The notes below the pieces were generated by a model. The model did not search any database. It worked only from the letters and a program-made list of their open reading frames with translations, and was not told the origin of the DNA. Made by a program: the position numbers and the translations under genes. A DNA stretch of 64,000 bases from NCBI GenBank assembly GCA_029862125.1, contig JAOTXY010000010.1:41-64040 (forward strand). Reading direction: 5' to 3'. Each line of letters begins with the position of its first letter. The stretch's first letter is position 1. This DNA comes from Gammaproteobacteria bacterium (GTDB taxonomy: Bacteria; Pseudomonadota; Gammaproteobacteria; GCA-001735895). Of the stretch, positions 48,159-57,928 are shown one piece after another.

Positions 48159-48866
48159 ATGGATATCAAACAAATTGCAAGTTGGCTTCTTGCTTTGACA
48201 TTTATAGCCTGTTCACAGCTTAGCTATGCTGATGAAGTCTCGGCGATTGCACGCGGCGGAAAATTATACGATAAATGGTACGCGGTTATCGGTGCCGCCA
48301 AGCCTGATGGCACCCATCCGGCCTGGCCTGCATCCAATACCAAAAAGAAGGGCGCCACGACCCATCGCTGCAAATCCTGTCACGGTTGGGATTTAATGGG
48401 TAAGGACGGCGCCTATGCATCGGGTTCGTATAAAACCGGCATCGGTGGACTCACGCAACTGCAGGGTGCCGCAAACGCCAAAGTGATTGCGGCGTTGGAA
48501 GACTCGACTCACGGCTATGCCGGCAAGTTGAGTCAGCAGGATCTCACCGATCTGGCCAATTTCCTGACCAAGGGGCAATTCGATATCGACGCGGTAATCG
48601 ACCGTAAATCGAGAAAGGCCAAAAATGGTGACCGCTCCAAGGGTGAGTCTATTTACAAGACTGTCTGCGCTAACTGCCATGCAGAATCCGGCACGGAACC
48701 GGAGGGAATGCCCCCGCTCGGCGCACTTTCAAACAAAAACCCCTGGGAGACGATCCAGAAGATCATGAATGGCCAGCCCGATTCCGAGATGCCGGCGATA
48801 CGTGCTTTTGGCCTTCAGGTTGCGGTCGACATTCTGTCTTACGTGCAAACCCTGCCGAAGGAGTAG
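48159..48866 (+). CDS. Diheme c-type cytochrome
   Basis: Signal peptide. Heme motifs CKSCHGWD and CANCHAES. Length is 235 aa. Confidence 0.7.
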   Translation: MDIKQIASWLLALTFIACSQLSYADEVSAIARGGKLYDKWYAVIGAAKPDGTHPAWPASNTKKKGATTHRCKSCHGWDLMGKDGAYASGSYKTGIGGLTQLQGAANAKVIAALEDSTHGYAGKLSQQDLTDLANFLTKGQFDIDAVIDRKSRKAKNGDRSKGESIYKTVCANCHAESGTEPEGMPPLGALSNKNPWETIQKIMNGQPDSEMPAIRAFGLQVAVDILSYVQTLPKE

Positions 48867-48915
48867 CGGTCAATCTCTGCTTAAGGCGTAACCCCTTTTT
48901 CGCCGACCTGCAACA

Positions 48916-49833
48916 TTAGTCGGCGAGGCGGGTGGTCATCGGGTTGGTTTCGTATTGCGTCCACTGGTGCAGCGAACCATCGTACAATTTGACGTCCTGT
49001 TTGCCGAGTATTTCGCGCAATACGAACCAGGCCGATGAGGCTTCATAGCCGCTGTTGCAGTACAGGATCAGGCTATCGCCAGTATTGATGCGCAGCGAAT
49101 CGAGCAGGCTCAGGTAAGATTCACGGTCGAAGTAGCGATTGCCACCCTTCATCGGATTCAGAAATTTATATGGCATATTACGTGAGCCTGGAATATGCCC
49201 GTTGGCGTAAACGTAATCCTTCTTTTCGAGACCGACATGATAGCGTAGCTCACGCGTATCGATCAGCGTCACCGCATCATCCTGCATCGCTGCCCGAACC
49301 TGCTCCATGGTTGCCACCATATCCGGCTTTTCATCGCCAACCACGTAATTACCGGGCGTTACCGTGTCCACCTCGGTAACCAGGTCTTCGAGCGAGGCGA
49401 CCCAGCTCGGATTGCCGCCATCGAGTAATGTTACCCGGTCGAAGCCAAAATATTTCATGTGCCAATACAGCCGCGCGGCGCCGGTGACCTGCCCGGAGGT
49501 TTTGCCGCGATGCGTCAAAACCACGATGCTGTCACTATTAATCCCGTGCGCACGCATGAATTTTTCGAAGCTGGCGGGATCCGGTCGCATTCGCGTGATG
49601 TTCTTGTCATTGATGTCGCGCTCGATCCGTATCTCTTTCACATCGACCAGTATCGCGCCCGGAATATGTCCGTCAGTGAAACTCTTGATATTTTTGCGCA
49701 CGTCGAGGACCACAACCTCGTCGATATTGTTGGCCAGCCATTCGCCTTTGACCAGCGGCCCGGGGAATTCCACCGCGGCCAATTGTGACCCGTAAAAAAG
49801 TCCAAGCATTACCATCAGTAATAATTTCTTCAT
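48916..49833 (-). CDS. Periplasmic tandem-rhodanese thiosulfate/3-mercaptopyruvate sulfurtransferase
   Basis: Signal peptide. Two rhodanese domains. Catalytic loop LILYCNSGYEASS with active-site Cys. Confidence 0.8.
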   Translation of the reverse strand: MKKLLLMVMLGLFYGSQLAAVEFPGPLVKGEWLANNIDEVVVLDVRKNIKSFTDGHIPGAILVDVKEIRIERDINDKNITRMRPDPASFEKFMRAHGINSDSIVVLTHRGKTSGQVTGAARLYWHMKYFGFDRVTLLDGGNPSWVASLEDLVTEVDTVTPGNYVVGDEKPDMVATMEQVRAAMQDDAVTLIDTRELRYHVGLEKKDYVYANGHIPGSRNMPYKFLNPMKGGNRYFDRESYLSLLDSLRINTGDSLILYCNSGYEASSAWFVLREILGKQDVKLYDGSLHQWTQYETNPMTTRLAD

Positions 49834-49941
49834 AACAACACCTCATACCATTAATCTAATGATGCTGAGTCTGAATGCCGCGATCATGACCTTAGTCAAC
49901 TAAAACCATCAGGATCAGGCACGGTCTAACTTCAGGCTGGC

Positions 49942-51312
49942 TTAACTGTAAAACATGTCGCGGTACATGCCCTCGGCCCAGGCCAGGCTGGCCTGGCCAC
50001 CCTGTGTATCCCAGCGCTCGATTAAATGCGTACGGTCGAACGCGAACTCGCCGGTTTTGTCGCTGAACTTGTAGTAGGTAATGATGCTCATCGCGCGCAG
50101 CGGATCTATGTCGACCGCGGAAAAACACATGGTTTGCGGGCTGCGCCAGCGCACCTCCTTGTCGAGTGCGTGCGCGGCGACCACCTCGGCGACATACTGC
50201 GCTTCCGAGTGTGCGGTATGGCCGCCCTTGGAAAAGGGTTGCGAACGCGAATCGCCGGTCACGTAAACGCGTTCGTCGTCGAGCAGGTGATAACGAAACG
50301 GGTCGGTATTGGCCGCCTTTTGCGGGCTGATCGGACTGGCGATGCCGTTATCCTCGATCAGGCGCGACGCGCGCACCGGCGGGTAAATAATCGCGTCGTC
50401 GAAATCGTACTCGTCAAACTCGGTTTCGACGCGGCGGCCTTCAATGTCGATGTTGGTGATCTCGGAACTCGACAGGTACTCGATGTAATCGCCGTAGAGC
50501 TCGGCAAAGGCGCGCGCGAAACCGGCCTTCTTGATGCGAATTTCGGCATTCATGTCGAGCAGCAGAATTTTTGCGCGCACGCGCTGGCGCTTGAACAGAG
50601 CCGCCACCATGCAGGCGCGCTCATAGGGCGCTGCCGTACAGCGAAAATCGCCGTTAGGCACGTTGAGCAGGAAGGTGCCGCCGCTGAAGCGATGAATCTT
50701 GCGTTTAATTGTCAACAGTTCCGAGCTCGAGACGAAACCGCCGGGATATCGGTGAAACAGCAGGTTTTGCGCCTCGGTATCCTCGATCCCGATGCGCCCG
50801 TAGTCGTATTCGATGCCGGGCGCGAGCACCAGATAATCGTAGTCGACGAAACCTTTTTCGGTGTAGACGCGGCGGGTCTCGCGATCGAAACCGAGCACGG
50901 TCGCCTGCATGAAGTGATAATCGTGGTTATTCGCAGCATCGAAAAAACTGTGACTCAGAAAATCGAGATCGACCTGGTCGGCGAGCCATGAATTGCTAAT
51001 TGGAAAGGACACGAATGCCGACTGTCGATCGATCAATATTACGTCAAAGCCGGGATTGAAAAGGCGCAGGTACTTTGCCATCGTCAGCCCCGACCAGCCG
51101 CCACCGACGATCACGACGCGTGCCCCCCGGGGCCTTGGCAAGGTGGCCTTGCGCAACAGGCTGTTGAGCGCGGGCGCCTGGCACATTTCGTTATTATCCG
51201 CGCCCGTAGCGACGTTGGCGCTAACCGTAGTCGCCGCGAGCGCGACGCCGGAAGCCTGCAGAAATCTGCGTCGCTCGAGATCGGTGTTTTCTTTCATCTT
51301 TGGAGCCTTCAT
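49942..51312 (-). CDS. FccB/SoxF-family flavoprotein sulfide dehydrogenase (second copy), Tat signal
   Basis: Tat signal RRRFLQASGVALAATTVSA. FAD motif VVIVGGGWSGLTMAKYL. FCSD-like RCTAAPYERACMVAALFK, parallel to FccB RCPPGPYERASLIAHYLK. Length is 456 aa. Confidence 0.75.
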   Translation of the reverse strand: MKAPKMKENTDLERRRFLQASGVALAATTVSANVATGADNNEMCQAPALNSLLRKATLPRPRGARVVIVGGGWSGLTMAKYLRLFNPGFDVILIDRQSAFVSFPISNSWLADQVDLDFLSHSFFDAANNHDYHFMQATVLGFDRETRRVYTEKGFVDYDYLVLAPGIEYDYGRIGIEDTEAQNLLFHRYPGGFVSSSELLTIKRKIHRFSGGTFLLNVPNGDFRCTAAPYERACMVAALFKRQRVRAKILLLDMNAEIRIKKAGFARAFAELYGDYIEYLSSSEITNIDIEGRRVETEFDEYDFDDAIIYPPVRASRLIEDNGIASPISPQKAANTDPFRYHLLDDERVYVTGDSRSQPFSKGGHTAHSEAQYVAEVVAAHALDKEVRWRSPQTMCFSAVDIDPLRAMSIITYYKFSDKTGEFAFDRTHLIERWDTQGGQASLAWAEGMYRDMFYS

Positions 51313-52010
51313 TTGAAATCGGGATTACGCCAGGCCGTATCAGGCGCGAGATCGGATGCTGGCACCGGCAGATGCGATACGTAGTTCAACACCTGGTCGA
51401 AATCCTGTTCCGACAGCGTCGTGAACAGGTTGGCCATCACCGGTGCGACCCGGCGCAGGCGGTCGCGCGCCAGGCGCGCCTGGCGTTTCATGTAGGTATA
51501 GTGCTGTCCTTGCAGGCGCGGATAGGACAGCTCGTTTTTGCCTTCGCCGTACTGCCCGTGGCAGCTAATGCAGTATTGCCGGTAGAGTCTTTTACCGGAT
51601 TCGTATTCTTCGCTGTCGACGGGCCATGGTCCGCGGTTGTGCATAGGGTTCATCGGCAATGTCGAAATGTAGGCAACCACGTCGCTCAGATTCTGGTAAC
51701 CGCCGATGGTGCGTTCCTGCACGAACGGCTGCATCGTTGGGTTGGCGCGCTGCCCGCTGCGTATATCGAGTAATTGTTTCATCAGCACGTTGACATGCTG
51801 CCCGGCGATCTGCGGATAGGTACCGTCGTCGTTGCCCCAGGCCTCGGGCAGGTGGCAGCGCGCGCAGATTTCGAAACTGCGACGACCGTTGTCGAGGTCG
51901 GGTGTGAATTCGAGCACCACGCGAATCGGCTCGACGGCAGCCAGTTTCGACGAAAATACCAAAACCAGTATGCAAAGGCTGTAGCAAAGCGTTATATGTA
52001 TCCTGTTCAT
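51309..52010 (-). CDS. Diheme c-type cytochrome, flavocytochrome c cytochrome subunit-like (FccA/SoxE-like)
   Basis: Signal peptide. CARCH and CISCH motifs. Lies directly upstream of, and overlaps by 4 nt, the FccB/SoxF-like gene. Confidence 0.7.
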   Translation of the reverse strand: MNRIHITLCYSLCILVLVFSSKLAAVEPIRVVLEFTPDLDNGRRSFEICARCHLPEAWGNDDGTYPQIAGQHVNVLMKQLLDIRSGQRANPTMQPFVQERTIGGYQNLSDVVAYISTLPMNPMHNRGPWPVDSEEYESGKRLYRQYCISCHGQYGEGKNELSYPRLQGQHYTYMKRQARLARDRLRRVAPVMANLFTTLSEQDFDQVLNYVSHLPVPASDLAPDTAWRNPDFK

Positions 52011-52380
52011 CAGCGGTGGCCGGATTTCCCCAGTTTAAGCGAATACTCACGATAAATTTTAGGGAAGTTGCTTATGCATCGATTGATCAGCGTCAGGGAT
52101 TGGGCGATTGGTCGACATACGCCTTAAGCCGTAATTAGCCCGCAATTCGGATCGAATCCTTTATTTCATATATCCAGGTGCGAATCCGGAAAGGTGGCGG
52201 TGGCCATCGTCAATTTCGACAGGAACCATCAGCACAATCCCGAGGCACACGAAGAAAGCGAGGTCTTGGAGGGATCCAACCAGGCATTACTATAGAATAC
52301 GGCAGATCTGGCATTGCGCGACAGAGAAAAAGATGTCGAAGCAAATGATGCTCACCCCGCCATCGTTGCATTCATGTCTG

Positions 52381-54945
52381 TCAGGATCGCGGCAGCTTGT
52401 TTTCCGGGTCGTAAAGTGGCTTATAGCCGACCGCGGCAACCTTCATCGTAAATTGCTCGCCCAGGTATTCGGTGACCAGCTCACGGCCTTCCTCGCAATA
52501 TTCGTAGGGCAGGTAGCCCAAACCGATATTCTTGCCGATGCTAGGACCGTAGGCGATACTGCTGAGATACGAGCGACGGCCTTTTGAGTCGATCGGCACC
52601 TCGCCCGTTTCGGAATCCATCAGTGGGCACTGACCGACCGGGTAACGCGCGATGCCATTCGAGTCAACGTTGTCGTCCATCACTAACGTACACAGGTAGG
52701 CGGCCTGGTGTTCGAGCTCGCGTTGCTCGAGATAGGGCGCCTTGCCGTGGAAGTCCGCTGCCTTGACTACGGGGCGCGCCAGGCCGGCCTCGTACAGGTT
52801 GTACTCGGTCAGCAGGTCGGCGTTTTGCAGGCGCAGGCTCTTTTCCATGCGTCGGGTGTTGGCATAGGTTTCGACACCGACCGGGGTCGCGCCCTGGGCG
52901 TAGACCAGGTCCCATAGGGACAGGCCGTAGCTAAACGCCACGTGCAGTTCCCAACCCTGTTCGCCCACGTACGAAATGCGAAAGGCCTCGACCGGGATGC
53001 CCTTCAACGTAAGTTGCCGGGTTGCGGCGAACGGGAAGTTTTCATCCTCCCAGGCGGCAGGGTCGTCAGCGATTGCCTGAATCGTCTGGCGCGCATTCGG
53101 GCCCCAGACACCCAGGCAGGCCATGTGATCCGAGCGATCATCGATGTAAACGTTCCAGCCCTTGTCTTCGGCCATGCGCTTGAGCCAGATGTAGTCGCGG
53201 TGTCCCGCGTCAGCGCCGTCGATTACCCGGAAGCGGTCCTTAGCATGGCGGATCACCGTTAAGTCCGCGCGCACGCCGCCGCGTTTGTCGAGGAAGTGCG
53301 TGTAAACACCTTTGCCGATAGGCGTGTCGCCACCGACCTTGGCGACGCAGGTGAATTCCATCAGGGCCTCGGCGTCGGGCCCGATGACGTCATAGACGGC
53401 GAAATGCGACAGGTTGATCATGCCGACGTTCTCCGACATCGCGAGTTGTTCGGCATTGGATACACGCCAGAAGTGACGGTTGTCCCACTCGTGTTCACGT
53501 ACCGGTACTCGATCGCCGTATTTCTCCAGCAGCGGTTCGTTGGCGGCGTAACCGTGAGCGCGCTCCCATCCCGACAGTTCCATGAAATAACCACCCAGTT
53601 CCTGTTCGCGTGCCCAGAACGGACTGCGGCGCAGGTTGCGCCCCTTGGTATAGGGCTCGCGATTATGAACCGCGGGGTTGTAAATCTTGAACGCGGATTC
53701 GAAGCAACGATCGTAAATATAGGAAGGCGTTTTCTGAATCGGGTAGTGGCGCGCGGTGTCGATACCGAAGAAGTCCATCTCTGCGACGCCGTCGGTCATC
53801 CAGTCCACCAGCACCTTGGCGATGCCGGGGGCGTCCTTGACCCAGACCGCGATCGCGTACCAGAGGCCGCGGGTTTGTGAGGATTCGCCGATCGACGGTC
53901 CGCCGTCGGTGGTCACCTGCAGCAGACCGTTAAACGAGTGTTTCTCGTTGTAACCGATTTCGCCGAGAATCGGTGTCAGTTCCATGGCGCGCTCCAGCGG
54001 CTCCATGATCTGTTCGAGTTCGAGATCGCGCTGTGACGGTGACCAGTGGGTCTCGCCTTTTTCGGGAAGGTCACGCGGGTGTACCAGTCGAGGCTCCTTT
54101 TCTTCGTAGTAGCCCCACTCGATCTGGCCACCTTCCGGCGTTTTCGGATCGCCGGTATCGCGCATGTAGGCGGAGTTGCCCTGGTCGCGCAGCAGCGGGA
54201 AACCGATGTCCTTGCCGGTGGCTTCGAATTCAGTGTACGGTGCGAAGAAGGAGAGCGGGTGATCGACTGGCATGACCGGCAGATCCTCACCGGCCATCTC
54301 CGCGATGGTACGCCCCCACAGTCCCGTACACACGATGACGTGGTTGGCGGCAATGTAGCCGCGGCTGGTTTCCACACCGACAATGCGTCCCTCCTGGATG
54401 TCGAGGCCGGTCGCCGTGGTGTTGGCAAAGGATTGCGCCTTGCCGGTCTTGACCGCGTTATCGACCAGTATGCCGGCAACGGTTTGCGAGCGGGGTTTCA
54501 CCAGGCCCGCGTCGGGATCCCACATCGCGCCCTGGATCATGTCTTCTTCGAGCAGCGGGAACAGTTCCTTGGCCTCGGCCGCGCTGATCATTTTCACGTT
54601 GGTGCCGAAAGCCTTGCCGGAAGCAACCTTGCGCTTGAGCTCCATCATGCGGTCGTCATCGCCTTTACGCGCTACCTCGAGGCCACCGATACGCGAGTAA
54701 TGACCCATCTGGTCGAAGAACTCGATGCTGTAGTGCGTGGTGTAGCAGGTAAACTTGCTGTGATCGGTGGCATAGCAGAAATCGGAGGCGTGCGAAGTCG
54801 AGCCGCAATCGGTCGGAACCGAGGTCATGTCGATGCCGACGATATCTTCCCAGCCGCGTTCGACCAGGTGATGCATCACCGAGGCGCCGACAATGCCGCC
54901 GAGGCCGATGATGACGACGTTGGATTTATCTGGAAACTGGGCCAT
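52381..54945 (-). CDS. Dimethylglycine/sarcosine dehydrogenase family protein (FAD DAO domain + GcvT aminomethyltransferase domain)
   Basis: Start MAQFPDKSNVVIIGLGGIVGAS with AGGAGAA RBS. 854 aa. N-terminal FAD oxidase domain and C-terminal folate-binding GcvT domain (…SYVGEQGWELHV…). The ORF track start at 55062 adds 39 non-homologous residues. Confidence 0.8.
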   Translation of the reverse strand: MAQFPDKSNVVIIGLGGIVGASVMHHLVERGWEDIVGIDMTSVPTDCGSTSHASDFCYATDHSKFTCYTTHYSIEFFDQMGHYSRIGGLEVARKGDDDRMMELKRKVASGKAFGTNVKMISAAEAKELFPLLEEDMIQGAMWDPDAGLVKPRSQTVAGILVDNAVKTGKAQSFANTTATGLDIQEGRIVGVETSRGYIAANHVIVCTGLWGRTIAEMAGEDLPVMPVDHPLSFFAPYTEFEATGKDIGFPLLRDQGNSAYMRDTGDPKTPEGGQIEWGYYEEKEPRLVHPRDLPEKGETHWSPSQRDLELEQIMEPLERAMELTPILGEIGYNEKHSFNGLLQVTTDGGPSIGESSQTRGLWYAIAVWVKDAPGIAKVLVDWMTDGVAEMDFFGIDTARHYPIQKTPSYIYDRCFESAFKIYNPAVHNREPYTKGRNLRRSPFWAREQELGGYFMELSGWERAHGYAANEPLLEKYGDRVPVREHEWDNRHFWRVSNAEQLAMSENVGMINLSHFAVYDVIGPDAEALMEFTCVAKVGGDTPIGKGVYTHFLDKRGGVRADLTVIRHAKDRFRVIDGADAGHRDYIWLKRMAEDKGWNVYIDDRSDHMACLGVWGPNARQTIQAIADDPAAWEDENFPFAATRQLTLKGIPVEAFRISYVGEQGWELHVAFSYGLSLWDLVYAQGATPVGVETYANTRRMEKSLRLQNADLLTEYNLYEAGLARPVVKAADFHGKAPYLEQRELEHQAAYLCTLVMDDNVDSNGIARYPVGQCPLMDSETGEVPIDSKGRRSYLSSIAYGPSIGKNIGLGYLPYEYCEEGRELVTEYLGEQFTMKVAAVGYKPLYDPENKLPRS

Positions 54946-55154
54946 GTATATTCTCCTGATGGCGGCCGACTGGCGCGGGCAAAAAGTGTACTCAGTTTCG
55001 AAATGCCGCACAAGCTCGGTACCGCGATCGACTCTGATTAGTACTTCGTTGACAAAGATCACACACCCTGGTCCAAATTAGCTTATCATGTGAGAGTCTG
55101 GTCCGGTTTCCGGACAGGTGTTAACTAAACCATGGCCAATTTGGGGTAAGTTAA

Positions 55155-55583
55155 ATGAAACTAGCTGAATTGATACGTGGCAAAAGCCATGAAATCGTCA
55201 AGATCAGGTCAGATAAAAATATCGCGGAAGCCGCGATCGCACTGACCGAATATAAAATCGGAGCACTATTGGTCGAAGATCAGGACGGTACCATTGCCGG
55301 TATCCTGTCGGAGCGGGACATTGTCGGTGGTATGGCCCCTCACGGTGCTGATTTGCACGACGTCGCGGTATCCGAGTTGATGACCACGAATGTGATTCGA
55401 TGTTCACCGAATGATTCTGTCAACGAGGCGATGGCGATGATGACCGATCGCCGCATCCGCCATCTGCCGGTTTTTGAAGGCGATGAACTGGTCGGATTCA
55501 TCAGCATCGGTGACCTGGTCAAATGCCGAATCATGGAAGTCCAGTCTGAAGCAGAGGCGCTACGTCAGTACATCGCGTCCTGA
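55155..55583 (+). CDS. CBS domain-containing protein
   Basis: 142 aa with two CBS motifs (IGALLVEDQDGTIAGILSERDIV, IRHLPVFEGDELVGFISIGDLV). Confidence 0.8.
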   Translation: MKLAELIRGKSHEIVKIRSDKNIAEAAIALTEYKIGALLVEDQDGTIAGILSERDIVGGMAPHGADLHDVAVSELMTTNVIRCSPNDSVNEAMAMMTDRRIRHLPVFEGDELVGFISIGDLVKCRIMEVQSEAEALRQYIAS

Positions 55584-55622
55584 TCCTGCCGGGACCTGTT
55601 GGCCCCGACAGTATTTTTACGC

Positions 55623-56894
55623 TTACTTCGCAGCATCCAGCGCCTGGTCAATATCGGCAATAATGTCTTTCACATTTTCAATGCCGATCGATAAGCGCAC
55701 CAGGTCCGGAGAAACACCCGAAGCCGCCAACTCTTCATCGGCAAGCTGACGGTGTGTGGTTGAAGCCGGGTGACAGGCCAACGATTTGGCATCACCGATA
55801 TTTACCAGGCGGGTGATCAACTGCAGCGCATCGATAAACCTGGTACCGGCTTCGATTCCGCCGTTGATACCGAATGACAGAATCCCGGAGGCCTTACCGC
55901 CCATGTACTTGTCGGCGAGCGCTTTATGAGGACTGTTTTCCAGGCCCGCGTAGCGCACCCATTCAACCCCGGAATGCCCCTCGAGGTGTTGCGCGACCGT
56001 AAGCGTGTTCTCGCAGATTCGATCCATCCGCAGCGGCAGCGTTTCCAGACCCTGCAGCGCAAGGAAGGTATTCATCGGTGCCAGTGCCGCACCCATGTTA
56101 CGCAATGGTACGACGCGTGCACGCAATATGTAAGGTGGCAAACCGGTTTCGGTAAAGACAACACCATGGTAGGAAACATCGGGCTCGTTCAGGCGCTTGA
56201 AGCGCTCTTTGTTCGCTACCCAGTCGAACTTGTTGGAATCGACAATCATGCCACCAATAATTGTTCCGTGGCCACCGATGTACTTGGTCAGTGAATGCAC
56301 CACGATATCCGCGCCCCATTCGATCGGTCGGCACAAATAAGGAGATGGAACTGTATTGTCGACGATTAACGGTATGCCGTGCGCGTGGGCAATTTCGGCG
56401 ACTTTTTCGATGTCGAGAATATTACCTGCTGGATTACCCAGTGACTCACAGTAAACAGCCTTGGTCCTGCCGTCGATCAGTGCCGCCATCGCATCCAGGT
56501 TTTCAGGGTCGGCAAAACGAACCTCGATCCCCATTTGCGGGAAAGTATGGGCAAACAGGTTGTAGGTGCCGCCGTAAAGCGTGGACATACTGATGAAATT
56601 GTCACCTGCCTCGGCGATGGTTTGAATCGCGTAAGTCGTGGCCGCCTGGCCGGAAGCCAGCGCGAGCCCTGCGACGCCGCCTTCCATGTCAGAGATGCGC
56701 TGTTCCAGCACATCGTTGGTTGGATTCATGATGCGCGTATAAATATTGCCGAGCACCGCGAGATTGAACAGATCCGCGCCATGCTGGGTGTTATCAAATG
56801 CGTAGGCCGTGGTCTGGTAAATCGGAACGGCGACTGCGTTGGTTGTGGGATCGGGGCTATAGCCGGAATGGACTGCCTTGGTTTCGATTTCCAT
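55623..56894 (-). CDS. metY: O-acetylhomoserine aminocarboxypropyltransferase (O-acetylhomoserine sulfhydrylase), PLP-dependent
   Basis: 423 aa Cys/Met-metabolism PLP enzyme. N-terminus ETKAVHSGYSPDPTTNAVAVPIYQTTAYAF. PLP-lysine region SLTKYIGGHG. Confidence 0.8.
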   Translation of the reverse strand: MEIETKAVHSGYSPDPTTNAVAVPIYQTTAYAFDNTQHGADLFNLAVLGNIYTRIMNPTNDVLEQRISDMEGGVAGLALASGQAATTYAIQTIAEAGDNFISMSTLYGGTYNLFAHTFPQMGIEVRFADPENLDAMAALIDGRTKAVYCESLGNPAGNILDIEKVAEIAHAHGIPLIVDNTVPSPYLCRPIEWGADIVVHSLTKYIGGHGTIIGGMIVDSNKFDWVANKERFKRLNEPDVSYHGVVFTETGLPPYILRARVVPLRNMGAALAPMNTFLALQGLETLPLRMDRICENTLTVAQHLEGHSGVEWVRYAGLENSPHKALADKYMGGKASGILSFGINGGIEAGTRFIDALQLITRLVNIGDAKSLACHPASTTHRQLADEELAASGVSPDLVRLSIGIENVKDIIADIDQALDAAK

Positions 56895-57031
56895 TTTGTT
56901 CTCCTGTTTTTTTGATCAGCATTATAATTGTGCGCTTATTCTATTCCTTTATTGCCGTTAACCCAATTCCAGATTTACGCGGGCGCGTCGAGCGTATTCT
57001 CAAGACGCGATAAGTATCCGGATAGAACCCA

Positions 57032-57928
57032 TTATCCCGCAGTCGCCGCCAGTTTCGCTTCGCGGTGAAATACATACATTCCAGAGCCGACTATTATCGC
57101 TACCCCCAGCCAGGTCACGGTATCCGGGAATTCGTCAAAGATGACCAGCCCCAGGATCGTCGCGCCGATGATTTCGACATACTGAAACGGGGCGAGGATG
57201 CCAATCGATGCCAGTCGGTAAGCGTAGACGACGAGCAGATGGCACACCGTTGCGATCAGTCCCAGTGCGCCGAGCAACATCCAGTGATCGGTCGTCGGCC
57301 AGGCGGCGGTCAGTATTAAAACCCCCTGGGCAGTGCCGTAGCTGAGGGCAATACTCATGACCAGGCAGCCGAATATCCCGGCAAAAAACTGGAGTCGGAT
57401 CGGGTCCTCGTGCCTGACCAGCTTGCGTGTCAGCACGATATAAAAAGAGAAACAAAAAGCTGCAGCCACCGGGTACAGGGCCGCGAAGCCCACCTCGCTA
57501 AAAGTCGGGCGAATGATAATCAGGGCGCCGACAAAGCCGAAGCTTATTGCTGATATCCGCCGCCAGTGAATGGCTTCCTTGAAAAATAGTGCCGACAACA
57601 ATGTGACCAGTAATGGTTCGATAAAAAAGATAGCGATCGCATCAGCCAATGGCAAATAGGCCAGCCCGGAGAAGAAAAACAGTGTCGCGAACGCGATCAG
57701 CGAACCACGGGCGGCGTGCAGGGCGAGCGCTGGTGTAAACCAGGGTCCCCGTGTTTTAAGCAGCAGTGGCGACATTAATATGATCTGGAAGAAAAAACGA
57801 CTCCAGGTAACCTGTCCTGAAGATACCGATCCCGATAGCCATTTTGCGATCGCATCGATGCCGGGCAGCATCAGCATTGCAGCGATCATCATCACCATCG
57901 CGCTGGCAGTTGAATTCTTGTGGATCAT
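57032..57928 (-). CDS. DMT superfamily transporter (EamA family)
   Basis: 298 aa, 10 predicted TM helices, duplicated EamA halves. Confidence 0.75.
   Translation of the reverse strand: MIHKNSTASAMVMMIAAMLMLPGIDAIAKWLSGSVSSGQVTWSRFFFQIILMSPLLLKTRGPWFTPALALHAARGSLIAFATLFFFSGLAYLPLADAIAIFFIEPLLVTLLSALFFKEAIHWRRISAISFGFVGALIIIRPTFSEVGFAALYPVAAAFCFSFYIVLTRKLVRHEDPIRLQFFAGIFGCLVMSIALSYGTAQGVLILTAAWPTTDHWMLLGALGLIATVCHLLVVYAYRLASIGILAPFQYVEIIGATILGLVIFDEFPDTVTWLGVAIIVGSGMYVFHREAKLAATAG

Noticed and set aside
48896-48927. Hairpin tcgccgac-N12-gtcggcga between convergent cytochrome and rhodanese genes, considered as a bidirectional terminator
   Set aside because: The stem overlaps the rhodanese stop codon and lacks a clear U-tract on either strand. 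Too weak to call a feature.
50026-50991. 321-aa plus-strand ORF
   Set aside because: Antisense to the FccB/SoxF-like flavoprotein gene, whose FAD motifs and Tat signal are convincing. The translation has no domain features.
54046-55041. 331-aa plus-strand ORF
   Set aside because: Antisense shadow ORF within the dimethylglycine dehydrogenase gene. Its Arg/Ala/Gly-rich low-complexity translation is typical of GC-rich antisense frames.
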